In this document: positions 32,276 through 41,791 of the stretch, piece after piece
How positions within the stretch are numbered: the first letter of the stretch is position 1
Layout of the letters: each line of letters opens with the position of its first letter
Assembly (NCBI GenBank): GCA_035285125.1
Contig: JAYKHR010000060.1
Location: forward strand, 1 to 64,000
Length of the DNA: 64,000 nucleotides
Direction of reading: 5' to 3'
DNA from: Candidatus Sericytochromatia bacterium
GTDB taxonomy: Bacteria; Cyanobacteriota; Sericytochromatia; S15B-MN24; JAQBPE01
Made by a program: the position numbers and the translations under genes
The notes under the pieces: model-generated
What the model was told of the DNA's origin: nothing
Seen by the model: only the letters and a program-made list of their open reading frames with translations
The model's database searches: none

Positions 32276-32962
32276 TCAGCCCGACGTGCTGCCGCGGGCG
32301 GCCTCCGTCGTGCGGCGCCCCAGTCGCAGGTGCTGGTCGATCTCGCGCAGGGCGTAGTACCGGTTGGCGATCGCCTGGACGTACACCCCGGGTTCGCGGA
32401 TCACGGGCACAGGACGCCCCGAGGCCACCAGGTGGCGCCAGGCGGGGTACCACACGTCCATCACCGTGCCGCCCATGTCGTTGGGCCGCCACTTGTCCGC
32501 GAACTCCCGCACCGTGAGCTCCACGTTGCGCCGAGGCTCCATCAGCGCCTCGACGCTCTCGCCGGGGTGCTCCGTGGCCTGCACGGAGCCCAGCCCGATG
32601 GCGCGCTTAGCGCCGCGCACGTAATCCTGCTGCGGGTCGAACTCGCTCTCGACCCAGATGTAGGCCCCCACCACGAAAGGATCCACGCCCCGGGCCCGCG
32701 ACGCCTGCTTGATGAGGCCGCCGAACCTGCGCCAGCCGCGGATGCCGACCCTGAAGTTCAGGCCGCGCCGGGCGAACCTGTCGCCACGGCTGGGTGGGGG
32801 GAAGTTGTATCCTGGATGGCGTCGGTCGCCAGTCTCGCCGAGACGAGCGAGCGCAGCGAGCGCCTGGGGGGGGCGTGAGGGGGGGGTGGATGCGAGGGCG
32901 TTTGGCGTGAACCACGCCAGGGAGAGGAGCATCCCTCCGAGCCCGAGTTGGCGGTTTGCCAC
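32276..32962 (-). CDS. Secreted SLT-like (lytic transglycosylase fold) protein
   Basis: RBS AAGGAGG plus GTG 32962; signal peptide ALA; IKQASRARGVDP...IWVESEFDP...AIGL...EPRRNV. Confidence 0.6.
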   Translation of the reverse strand: MANRQLGLGGMLLSLAWFTPNALASTPPSRPPQALAALARLGETGDRRHPGYNFPPPSRGDRFARRGLNFRVGIRGWRRFGGLIKQASRARGVDPFVVGAYIWVESEFDPQQDYVRGAKRAIGLGSVQATEHPGESVEALMEPRRNVELTVREFADKWRPNDMGGTVMDVWYPAWRHLVASGRPVPVIREPGVYVQAIANRYYALREIDQHLRLGRRTTEAARGSTSG

Positions 32963-33256
32963 GATGGCCTCCTTTCCAGGCTGTCGGCATACGGGGCTCC
33001 GAGGAAGCCCGTGCGGCGCAGCAGCCACTGGTTCGGCTGGGGGCATCATCGTGACGCGGATTTAGCTTAACAGTCAAGGAACGGCGCAGTCCGGATGCGG
33101 CTTTGCGGGCTGTTCGGGGCCTAAAACCCACGTCTGGCCTTGGTCGGTTGCAGGCAGGTGCCGCCCGGCCGATGTTGATCACCGACGGCGGCGAGCCCGT
33201 GCCCCACCATGACAGGCGGAGCTGCCGACCTCCGAGCCCGCAGGCCCTGTCCCCCG

Positions 33257-34843
33257 ATGCCCCTTCTTCCCAACGCGCCAACCCCAACGTGGCTCGCCCC
33301 CGCCCTCGCGGTGGGCCTGGTGGCCTGGCCGTCCAGCGTGCAGGCGATGGGGGTGCTGCTGGACAGGCCGGCCTTCGACCGTGAAGCCAACGCCGTCGTG
33401 ATCCCCTACCAGGGGTCTGTCCCCCGGCACGAGGTCCAGTCGCTCGATGGCGGGACCCGGCTCGCCATCGAGTTCATGGCAGCCCAGGCGCGGGATGAGC
33501 AGCCCTACAAGCTCGGCATCTTCCACCCGCTCGTCTCCAAGGTCGAGATGGCGCCCGTGGCGGGGCAGGCCCGCGTGCGGGTGATCCTGAGCCTGGCGGC
33601 GCCGGCGACCCTTGACCTGGTGCCGGACGCGCGCCGCAGCGTGCTCCGGCTCCACGTGTACCGGGGGCTCCCGCAGGCGGAGGCGCCCCGCCTGGCCGCC
33701 CTCCCCGGGCCGCCCCGGGAGCCCGCGCCTGCCTTGCCCGGGCCCTCCCTGCCCGGCGGGGGGCCGGAGTGGCCGCCGCCAGGCGCAAGCACCGGCCACG
33801 TCGCCCCGACGGGGCCAGCCCCCGTCGTGCGGCCCTACCTAGCGCCGTCGCCGCCACCCGTGCGGTTCGGCGGGCTCACGCCGCTGCCCGGGACGCCGGC
33901 CTCGGGCGACTTCGTCTACCGCAAGGCCATCCCGACGGACGGTGGGCGGGACGTGACAGAGGTGCAGATCCGCACGCCGAGACGCTCGGACGTGGAGGTC
34001 GACAGGCTCGCCCCGGGCAACAGCGGCGTCACGGTGAGGGTGGCGGGCCCCGGCGGGGTGCCTCCGTCGCTGGACGCGCCGCCGGTCACCCCCCTGGCCG
34101 TCGCGGCGTCAACGGCCGCCGACGAGGGCTGGGTGATGCCGCTGCCCAACGAACCCTGGAAGCTGCCGGCCTACAAGGGCGATCTCTACTTCAAACCCGT
34201 CCCGGCCGTGGACCTGCTGGTGGGGGCCGTGGGCTTTTCGGAGCAGGCCCCCGGCCTGGGGTCGGTGTTGTCGGGCAACGGCTCGACCCTGGTGGGCCTG
34301 GCGGGCCACGTGCCGCTCGGCAATGCCTGGAAGGTCAACCTCGCCGCCGAGACCACGGCCTACACCGTCAGCCACCTGCAGGTGCCCGACCTCATCACGC
34401 GGCGGGACGAGTACGTGGCGCTCGCCACCGTCGAGCACCTGCCCATCCGGCGGCCCTGGGTGCTGGCCGTCGGGGCGGGCTACTGGGGGCGCCTCGTGGC
34501 GCAGCGGGCGAGCCTGCTCGGCCCCGTGGAGCCCAGCGTCCTGTTCGCGCCGAGCCTGCTGCACCACGGCCCCACCCTGGTGTCCCGCAGCTGGATCCCC
34601 GTCTGGCAGGCCCTGGGCGTGGCGGCGGAGGTCCAGGCCGCCCCGTTCCTGTTCGGCGGGGGCGACGAGGTCGCGGCCGCCATCGGTGGCGCCTTCGCCT
34701 ACCAGGGCTCGCTCGGGCTCAAGTGGGGGCAGCGTGCCTGGGCGCTCGGGGCCGGCGTCCGGGTCCTCGGCCTCAACAGCTACAACGGCGCGTATGGCTT
34801 CACCAGGTTCGGGCCGGAGGTGGTCGGCGTATGGCGGTTCTGA
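33257..34843 (+). CDS. AMIN-like domain - Pro-rich linker - outer-membrane beta-barrel protein
   Basis: Signal peptide VQA; LDGGTRLAIEF...LVSKVEMA...RVRVILSL AMIN-like; Pro-rich linker; alternating strands ending GPEVVGVWRF. Confidence 0.6.
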   Translation: MPLLPNAPTPTWLAPALAVGLVAWPSSVQAMGVLLDRPAFDREANAVVIPYQGSVPRHEVQSLDGGTRLAIEFMAAQARDEQPYKLGIFHPLVSKVEMAPVAGQARVRVILSLAAPATLDLVPDARRSVLRLHVYRGLPQAEAPRLAALPGPPREPAPALPGPSLPGGGPEWPPPGASTGHVAPTGPAPVVRPYLAPSPPPVRFGGLTPLPGTPASGDFVYRKAIPTDGGRDVTEVQIRTPRRSDVEVDRLAPGNSGVTVRVAGPGGVPPSLDAPPVTPLAVAASTAADEGWVMPLPNEPWKLPAYKGDLYFKPVPAVDLLVGAVGFSEQAPGLGSVLSGNGSTLVGLAGHVPLGNAWKVNLAAETTAYTVSHLQVPDLITRRDEYVALATVEHLPIRRPWVLAVGAGYWGRLVAQRASLLGPVEPSVLFAPSLLHHGPTLVSRSWIPVWQALGVAAEVQAAPFLFGGGDEVAAAIGGAFAYQGSLGLKWGQRAWALGAGVRVLGLNSYNGAYGFTRFGPEVVGVWRF

Positions 34844-35199
34844 TCCGGGCCCTCGCGGCCGTGGTGGTGGCCGGAGCCCTTGGTGGCTGCACGGCCAGGG
34901 TCATCAACGCTGCGACCCTGTTCAAGCCCCTGGCCGGGACGCTGGCGCTCGTCGTCACGCCCCCCCCCAACGAGGCCTTCGTGCGGGTGCAGTTCCAGCT
35001 CAACGACCAGGTCGTCGGGGAGGACACGGACCCGGCAGATGGCTACTCCGCGGACATCGACACCACCGGCTTGGAGCCGGAGACGCTGGCCAAGATCGCC
35101 GCCGTTGGCGTGCGGGCGGACGGGACCACCCGCGTGCTGCGCGAGAACCTCATCCTCGTCACGGGGGCCGCTGCGGCGACGCCGACCGTGATGCTCTAA
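34831..35199 (+). CDS. Small Ig-like lipoprotein
   Basis: RBS GGAGG, ATG 34831; LGGC lipobox; VQFQLNDQVVGEDTDPADGYSADIDTT bacterial Ig-like pattern. Confidence 0.7.
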   Translation: MAVLIRALAAVVVAGALGGCTARVINAATLFKPLAGTLALVVTPPPNEAFVRVQFQLNDQVVGEDTDPADGYSADIDTTGLEPETLAKIAAVGVRADGTTRVLRENLILVTGAAAATPTVML

Positions 35200-35269
35200 C
35201 GGGCCGGCCCAGGCCAGCCCGCCAGGACGTCAGCCGCGCCACGGCCGCCGCGCGGGGCGCGCGGCACCC

Positions 35270-36373
35270 TCAGGGTACGGGCGGGGCCTGGGTGCGAAAC
35301 AGCGGCCCGAGGTCCCGCCCCCTCAGCAACCGGGCAAAGGGTACAGGCAGCGCATAGGAGGCCATGTCGTCCGGCCTCACCCAGGCCAGCTCCGGGCCTG
35401 GCGGCGGGGCGTGCAGGCTGCCGCGGAACACGGGCAGCGTGAGCGAGCGGTGCGTGAGTTGATGGTGCAGCAGGGCCTCGAGCCCCGTGACCCCGACGCG
35501 CCAGCCATCACGGGCGAGCGCCTCCTCCAGCGAGGAGGCCGCCGCCTGGGCCTGCGCGGGCGCGTGACCCTCGAGGGGGGCCGCCGGCAGGGCCCAGAGC
35601 CCCCCCCAGATGCCAGGGATCGGGCGCTTCACCAGGAGCACGGCGTCGTCCCGCGTCACGAGCACGCTCGCCAGCACGAGTTCGCGGGGCGGCCGGGTGC
35701 CCGCCTTGACCGGCAGTGCCTCCGCCTCGCCCGCGGGCCAGGCGCGGCAGCCCGTCGCCAGGGGGCATGCCTCGCAGCGTGGCGCGGTGGGGGAGCAGAC
35801 GGTGGCGCCGAGGTCCATGAACGCCTGGTTGAGGTCACCGGGGCGGTCACACGTCGCCAGCATGGCGCTGACGTGCCCGGCGATGGTCTTGCGGGTGGCC
35901 GGGCGCATGACATCCTCCCGCAGCAGCAGCAGGCGGCTCATCACGCGCAGCACGTTGCCGTCCACGGCGGGCACGCGTTGGCCGAAGGCAATGCTGAGGA
36001 TCGCGCCCGCCGTGTAGTCCCCGACGCCCGGCAGGCGGCGGACCTCCGGCCAGGTGGCCGGCATCTGCCCCCCGTGGTGCGTCACCAGCAGCCGGGCCGC
36101 TGCCTGCAGGTGGCGGGCCCGGGAGTAGTACCCCAGCCCCTCCCAGGCCCTCAGCACCTCGTCCTCGGGCGCGTCGGCCAGGGCTGCGACGTCGGGGAAG
36201 CGCGCCATCCAGCGGGCGAAGTAGGGAATCACGGTCTGCACCTGGGTCTGCTGCAGCATGATCTCGGACACCCAGGTGGCGTAGGGGTCGAGGCCGCGGC
36301 GCCAGGGCAGGTCGCGGGCGTTCGCGTCGTACCAGCGCAGGAGCGCGTCGGCCAGGGTGGCGGGGGACGTCAC
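35270..36373 (-). CDS. mutY: A/G-specific adenine glycosylase
   Basis: WVSEIMLQQT, WEGLGYYSRA, LPGVGDYTAGA, VDGNV, Fe-S CX6CX2CX5C. Confidence 0.96.
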   Translation of the reverse strand: MTSPATLADALLRWYDANARDLPWRRGLDPYATWVSEIMLQQTQVQTVIPYFARWMARFPDVAALADAPEDEVLRAWEGLGYYSRARHLQAAARLLVTHHGGQMPATWPEVRRLPGVGDYTAGAILSIAFGQRVPAVDGNVLRVMSRLLLLREDVMRPATRKTIAGHVSAMLATCDRPGDLNQAFMDLGATVCSPTAPRCEACPLATGCRAWPAGEAEALPVKAGTRPPRELVLASVLVTRDDAVLLVKRPIPGIWGGLWALPAAPLEGHAPAQAQAAASSLEEALARDGWRVGVTGLEALLHHQLTHRSLTLPVFRGSLHAPPPGPELAWVRPDDMASYALPVPFARLLRGRDLGPLFRTQAPPVP

Positions 36374-37731
36374 GGGAGGCCCTCCCAGCCGGCCGGGGCG
36401 TGACCGGCGCGAAGCGCGGCCAGCCGGGCCGCGTGGTCGGCCTCTGCGCCTCGCGGGACGGGCTGATAGAAGGCGGCGGGCGGCGCGCCCTCAGGCCAGT
36501 GGGACTGGGCCACCCAGCCACCCGGGTGATCGTGCGGGTAGAGGTAGCCTGCGCCATAGCCCTGCTGCTCGAGGAGGCGGGTCGGCGCGTTGCGGAGGTG
36601 CAGGGGCACGGCGGCGCTCGGGTGGGCTCGCTCCCAGGCCAGCGAGGCGTGCCCGGCCACCTTGGTGCTGTTGCTCTTCGGGGCGAGCGCCAGGTACAGC
36701 GTCGCCTGCCACAGGGCATAGGACCCCTCCGGCATCCCGAGCAGTTGGACGGCTTGCGCGGCGGCCACCGCCACCTGGAGGGCCTGGGGATCGGCGTTGC
36801 CGACGTCCTCGCTCGCGAAGATCACCAGCCGCCGGGCCATGAACCGCGGGTCCTCCCCCCGGTTGATCATCCGGGCCAGCCAGAGCAGCGCGGCATCAGG
36901 GTCGCTGCCCCGCAGGCTCTTGATCAGGGCCGAGGCGGTGTCGTAATGTTGCTCCCCCTGGCGATCGAAGGCCCCCGCGGCCTGCATGGCCTGGGCGACG
37001 TGAGCCCCCTGGATGCGGCTCTCGGGCGCGTTCGGGCTGGCGTCCGCCAGCCAGGCCGCCGCCTCCAGCGCGTTGAGGGCCGAGCGGGCGTCGCCCGCCG
37101 CCCGCTCCAGCAGGAACGCGAGGGCCTCGGGCGCCAGCGCCTCCTCGGGCAGGCCCAGCCCCCGGCCGGGGTCGGTCAGGGCAGCCGTCACGATCCGCCG
37201 CAAGTCCTCCGGCCCCAGTGCCTGCAGCGTCAGCACCCGCACGCGCGAGAGCAGGGCCGCGTTAAGCTCGAAGCTGGGGTTCTCCGTCGTCGCGCCGATG
37301 AGCGTCACGGTCCCGTCCTCCACGTGCTGCAAGAACGCGTCCTGCTGTCCCTTGTTGAAGCGGTGGATCTCGTCGACGAACAGCAGCGTCTCTGCCCCCC
37401 GCCGCTGGCGCTCCCGCGCCTCGGCGAGGACCTTGCGAAGCTCGGGGATGCCTTGCGTGACGGCGCTGAACGGCACGAAGTGGACCTGGCGCTGGCCTGC
37501 TATCAGCTGTGCCAGCGTGGTCTTGCCGGACCCCGGGGGGCCCCAGAGCACCAGGCTCGGCAGCCGCCGGGCCGATACCACGCGCTCCAGGAGGCGCCCC
37601 TCGGCCAGGAGGTGCCCCTGGCCGACGAACTCGGCGGCTGTGCGGGGGCGCATGCGGTGGGCCAGCGGGGCGCCCGGCCCGCCCTCGGCGGGGAACAGCG
37701 GAAGGGGCGTGTCGGCAGCCATGGCACCCAT
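36370..37731 (-). CDS. rarA: Replication-associated recombination protein A
   Basis: PLAHRMRP, WGPPGSGKTT, DEIHRFNK.QQD, GATTENPSF, IKSLRGSDPDAA, SEDVGNADP. Confidence 0.96.
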   Translation of the reverse strand: MGAMAADTPLPLFPAEGGPGAPLAHRMRPRTAAEFVGQGHLLAEGRLLERVVSARRLPSLVLWGPPGSGKTTLAQLIAGQRQVHFVPFSAVTQGIPELRKVLAEARERQRRGAETLLFVDEIHRFNKGQQDAFLQHVEDGTVTLIGATTENPSFELNAALLSRVRVLTLQALGPEDLRRIVTAALTDPGRGLGLPEEALAPEALAFLLERAAGDARSALNALEAAAWLADASPNAPESRIQGAHVAQAMQAAGAFDRQGEQHYDTASALIKSLRGSDPDAALLWLARMINRGEDPRFMARRLVIFASEDVGNADPQALQVAVAAAQAVQLLGMPEGSYALWQATLYLALAPKSNSTKVAGHASLAWERAHPSAAVPLHLRNAPTRLLEQQGYGAGYLYPHDHPGGWVAQSHWPEGAPPAAFYQPVPRGAEADHAARLAALRAGHAPAGWEGLP

Positions 37732-37788
37732 GGTAGCGCCGCCCACGCCCTACCGCAAACGGCCGCCTTCCGCTACCCTATCAGCGTT

Positions 37789-39069
37789 ATGCTGAGCCCC
37801 TGCCTCGCCGCGTTCGCGGCCCTCGCCGTCGTCACCTCGCTCGCCGCGCCTGCCCCGAAGGCCGCCACCGCCGCTCCCACGCTCGCCTACGAGCGCGATG
37901 CAGCGTTGTTCCTGAAGCAGCACCACGCCCGGGCGGCCCGCACCCCTGGCCTCTTTCTGGCGCGCAAGTACGCGGCGATGTCCGACTCCGCCGTGGGCTT
38001 CTTCCGGGGCTCAGCGCCGCTCTTTTACCGCGACCTGGCCGAGCACCCCGCGCTGTCCTCGCCCGTCGTCATCCCGATCTCGGGAGACCTCCACCTCGAG
38101 AACATGTCGGCCTTTCGCAACTCCCAGGGCATTTACACCTTCGACCTCGACGACTTCGACGAGGCGGTCGACGCACCCTACACCTGGGAGCTCGTTCGCC
38201 TGCTGATCAGCCTGCGCCTGCACGCGCGGGAGGCCAACCTGTCGGGCGCGGCCAGCGACAGGCTGGCGCGCCGGCTGCTGAAGGGCTACGTGGAGCGCCT
38301 GGCCGCCCTGGCCGCAGATCCGGCGCCGCTCGCCAGGCCTGTGGCCGCGCGCGAGGTGCCGGGCCCAGCTGCCCAGGCCATCGCCGCGGCCACGCGTGGC
38401 AAGCGCGCCGCCTTCCTCGCCAGGTTCTCGGAGCACGGCCGGCTGCGGACGGGCAAGAAGGTGGTGACCCTCGACCCTTCCACCTCCCGTGGCGTGACGC
38501 AGGCCCTCGAGGCATATGCCCTCCGTCGCCCCGAGCCCGTCGGGTTCTTCAAGGTGAAGGACGTGGCGCGCCGCATGGCAGGCCTCGCCAGCCTGTCGCG
38601 GCACCGCTACCTCGCGCTCGTCGAGGGGCCTGGGCCTGGGGATGCCGACGACGTCTTGCTGGACCTCAAGGAGGCCGGCCCACCGGCTGCGGGGCCCTGG
38701 GTCAAGGCCACCGGGCGCTCGGACGGCGAGCGCGTGAAGCGGGCCTGGGATCGCTTCGTGCCCAACGCCGACCGGTTCCTGGGCGTGGTGTCCGCGGGGG
38801 GCGGCAGTCTCGTCGTGCGGGAGCTCACGCCCTGGCATGGCGAGGTGGCGGTGGACGAACTCAAGACCGAGGCCCGCTTCAGCCGATACATTGACGCCGC
38901 GGCGCTCGTGACGGCCCGCGCCCACGCGCGCTCGGGGCGGGTGCCGGCCATCCTGGCGGACGCGGGCACCCCGGACGCGCTGTTCAAGCGCCTGGCCACC
39001 TTCAGCGACTCGTATGCCCGGCAGGTGGAGTCCGACCGCGAGATCTGGCGGACCTACATGGACCCCTGA
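37789..39069 (+). CDS. DUF2252-family kinase-like protein with N-terminal signal peptide
   Basis: 3' part of track ORF 36400..39069; KYAAM..S..FFRGSAPLFY, GDLHLEN, FDLDDFDEA, LLDLKEA, ARAHARSG. Confidence 0.82.
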   Translation: MLSPCLAAFAALAVVTSLAAPAPKAATAAPTLAYERDAALFLKQHHARAARTPGLFLARKYAAMSDSAVGFFRGSAPLFYRDLAEHPALSSPVVIPISGDLHLENMSAFRNSQGIYTFDLDDFDEAVDAPYTWELVRLLISLRLHAREANLSGAASDRLARRLLKGYVERLAALAADPAPLARPVAAREVPGPAAQAIAAATRGKRAAFLARFSEHGRLRTGKKVVTLDPSTSRGVTQALEAYALRRPEPVGFFKVKDVARRMAGLASLSRHRYLALVEGPGPGDADDVLLDLKEAGPPAAGPWVKATGRSDGERVKRAWDRFVPNADRFLGVVSAGGGSLVVRELTPWHGEVAVDELKTEARFSRYIDAAALVTARAHARSGRVPAILADAGTPDALFKRLATFSDSYARQVESDREIWRTYMDP

Positions 39070-39076
39070 CGGGGTG

Positions 39077-40195
39077 TCAGGCCTCCGTCACGACCACGAA
39101 GGGATCCACCTGGTGGAGGGCGTGGACGGGCACCCCGGGGCCGAGCTCGCGCTGCAGGTGGGCGGCCACCCAGGGCACGACGGGTTGCTCTGAGCCCACG
39201 TGGCCGACCTCGACCAGCGTCAGGCCTGCCGCAAGGGCGTCGAGGGCCGCGTGGTGACGCACCTCGCCCGTGACGTAGACGTCCGCGCCGACGGCGAGGG
39301 CATCTTTCCAGTAGTCGCCGCCGCTGCCGCCGAGCCAGCACACCCGCCGCACCGCACGGGTGCTGGGGCCCACGACCCTCACAGCCGGCAGCCCGAGGGC
39401 TGATCGCACGCGTCGGGCGAAGCCCCCGAGCGGCTCGCTGGCGGGCAGGTCCCCGACGAGGCCGAACCCCTCGGGCCGCCCCGCCCCCTGGAGGGCGATC
39501 ACGTCCAAGGCCGGGGCCTCGTAGGGGTGGGTGGCGCCGATCGCCGCGCGGACCGCCGCCAGTCGCTCGCCCGGCACGAGGAACTCGAGGCGGCGCTCGG
39601 CCGTCCGGGCCTGCCTGCCAACCTCGCCTGTCGCAGGCGTGGCGCCTGCCAGCGGCCGGAAGGTCCCCTCGGTGGCCCAGCCGTAGGCCGCCCGGTCGTA
39701 TCCCCCCGAGGCGCCACCGCCGGCCTGCCAGACGGCCTCGCACAGCGCCTCGGCGTGGTCCCCTGGCACCTGCACCCCGACCTTGTAGCCAGGCTGCTCG
39801 CCGGTGCGGTGCATCAGGCCCGTCGGCGTGACGCCCAGCTTGTCGGCCAGGGCGTGGTTCACAGCCGTGACGTCCAGGTTCGTGTGGGCCGCGTAGAGGG
39901 CGCAGCCGCCGCGGATCAGGGTGGCAACGGTGCGTCCGGGCTCGCTGCGCAGGTCCAGGCTGCGGGCAGGCTTGAACAGCAGCGGGTGGTGGGTCACCAG
40001 GAGGTTGGACCCCTGGGCGATCGCCGCCTCCACCGCCTCCAGCGTGGGGTCCAGGGCCACCGTCACGCCCCTCAGCGGCTCCGTCGGGTCTCCCACCATC
40101 AGGCCGACGTTGTCCCAGCTCTCGGCCAGCCGCGGGGGCGCGAGCTCCACCATGCGGTCGATGACGGTCTGGATGCGGAGTTCGAGAGCGCTCAA
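39077..40195 (-). CDS. Nif3-like dinuclear metal centre protein (with PII-like insert)
   Basis: AESWDNVGL, THHPLLF, HTNLD, HPYEAPALD, GSGG, TGEVRHH, GHVGSE. Confidence 0.93.
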   Translation of the reverse strand: MSALELRIQTVIDRMVELAPPRLAESWDNVGLMVGDPTEPLRGVTVALDPTLEAVEAAIAQGSNLLVTHHPLLFKPARSLDLRSEPGRTVATLIRGGCALYAAHTNLDVTAVNHALADKLGVTPTGLMHRTGEQPGYKVGVQVPGDHAEALCEAVWQAGGGASGGYDRAAYGWATEGTFRPLAGATPATGEVGRQARTAERRLEFLVPGERLAAVRAAIGATHPYEAPALDVIALQGAGRPEGFGLVGDLPASEPLGGFARRVRSALGLPAVRVVGPSTRAVRRVCWLGGSGGDYWKDALAVGADVYVTGEVRHHAALDALAAGLTLVEVGHVGSEQPVVPWVAAHLQRELGPGVPVHALHQVDPFVVVTEA

Positions 40196-40329
40196 GGGGC
40201 CTCCTCGCCTCTGTGGTAGAATTCGAGATGCGTCAGCCGCCCCGGGAGCCCGCCAGGCCGCCGGCCTGGCGGAGGCGCTCCGCGCTGGACAGGACGACGG
40301 GGTGCAAGCCCCCCACAGGATGCCTCTCG

Positions 40330-41685
40330 ATGGCCAAGCAAGTATACATCAAGACCTACGGCTGCCAGATGAACCAGAACGACTCCGAGCGGATGCTCGG
40401 GATGCTGGCTGAGGCTGGCTATGCCGCTTCTGACACGCCTTACATGGCGGATCTGGTGGTGGTGAACACCTGCGCCGTCCGCGAGAAGGCGGAGGACAAG
40501 CTCTTCTCCCTGCTCGGCGAGCTGCGCGAGATCAAGAGCCTCAAGCCCGATGCGGTGCTGGCCGTCGCCGGCTGCGTGGCCCAGTACATGGGCGAGCGCA
40601 TCCGGCTTCGGGCGCCGCACGTCGACCTGGTCTTCGGCACGGAGAACCTCCACGAGTTGCCGACCCTGCTCGAAACCGTGCAGCGGGAGCGGGCGCCGAT
40701 GGTGGCGCTGCGACCGTTCTCGGACGAGCTGCCCCCCGAGATGCCCGTGCTGCGCCAGGGTCGTCATTCGGCATGGATCACGGCCATCTACGGGTGCAAT
40801 GATCGCTGCACCTACTGCATCGTCCCAAAGGTGCGCGGGGACCAGAAGTCGCGGGAGATTTCCGACGTGGTGCGCGAGGTCGAGCGGGTGGTGGCCGAGG
40901 GCATCGGTGAGGTTGTCCTGCTCGGCCAGAACATCAACGGCTACGGCAAGGACCTCGAGCCGCGCCGCTCGCTCGCCGACCTCATCGAGTCAACGGCCGG
41001 CGTGAAGGGCGTCAAGCGGGTCCGCTGGCTCACGGGCCACCCGCGCGACCTCGATGAGGACCTCGTCCGGCGCATCGCCGCGCTGCCCAACGTGTGTGAC
41101 TACTTCCACATTCCGAACCAGCACGGGGACGACGACGTGCTGCGGCAGATGGCGCGTGGCTACACGCGGGCCAAGTACCTCGCCAAGATCGAGCTGATCC
41201 GCAGCATCCTGCCTGACGCAGGTATCAGCACGGACCTCATCGTGGGGTTCCCCGGCGAGACCGAGGAGCAGTTCCAGCAGACGGTGTCGGTCGTGCGCGA
41301 GGTCCGCTTTGCGGCCGTCAACACGGCGGCTTACTCGCCCCGTCCTGGCACCTACGCGGCCACCCGGGCCGACCAGGTGTCCGAAGAGGTCAAGGACCGC
41401 CGGTTGCGTGAACTCAACGCGGTGGTCAACGAGGTCGCCACCACCGTCAGCCGGGCCATGGTCGGCTCGGTGCAAGAGGTGTACGTGGAGGGGCCCTCCT
41501 CGAAGGACCCCGCCGTGCTCACGGGGCGCGCCCGGAACAACCGCGTGGTGTTCTTCCCCGGGGACCCCTCGCTGGCCGGCGAGCTCGTGGCCGTGCGCAT
41601 CCACGAGGCCCGCACCTGGACGCTGCGGGGCGAGTGCCTTGGCGTCGTCGCCCCAGGCGCCGGGCTGCCCGCGCTGGCGCGCTGA
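40330..41685 (+). CDS. miaB: tRNA-2-methylthio-N6-isopentenyladenosine synthase MiaB
   Basis: KTYGCQMN..DSE, NTCAVREKAEDK, CNDRCTYCIVP, LLGQNIN, DLIVGFPGETEE, TRAM. Confidence 0.96.
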   Translation: MAKQVYIKTYGCQMNQNDSERMLGMLAEAGYAASDTPYMADLVVVNTCAVREKAEDKLFSLLGELREIKSLKPDAVLAVAGCVAQYMGERIRLRAPHVDLVFGTENLHELPTLLETVQRERAPMVALRPFSDELPPEMPVLRQGRHSAWITAIYGCNDRCTYCIVPKVRGDQKSREISDVVREVERVVAEGIGEVVLLGQNINGYGKDLEPRRSLADLIESTAGVKGVKRVRWLTGHPRDLDEDLVRRIAALPNVCDYFHIPNQHGDDDVLRQMARGYTRAKYLAKIELIRSILPDAGISTDLIVGFPGETEEQFQQTVSVVREVRFAAVNTAAYSPRPGTYAATRADQVSEEVKDRRLRELNAVVNEVATTVSRAMVGSVQEVYVEGPSSKDPAVLTGRARNNRVVFFPGDPSLAGELVAVRIHEARTWTLRGECLGVVAPGAGLPALAR

Positions 41686-41791
41686 CGGGCGTCAAGCCGC
41701 TGAGCCGGCCTCAGACACGACGAGGCCCGTCCTAGCGGACGGGCCCCATCGTTGTTGTGTGCGTGCGTGAACGGAAGGAGAGGGGAAAGGT

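Noticed and set aside
32963..33150. Riboswitch upstream of the SLT-like gene
   Set aside because: Only a small hairpin and a TTGACT hexamer; no recognisable c-di-GMP or c-di-AMP aptamer consensus
36400..39069. 889-aa ORF as a single protein
   Set aside because: The first half is antisense to rarA; the real gene starts at about 37789. The same over-extension affects 5468..7132, 5717..7150, 33769..35199, 44807..46801 and 45973..47811
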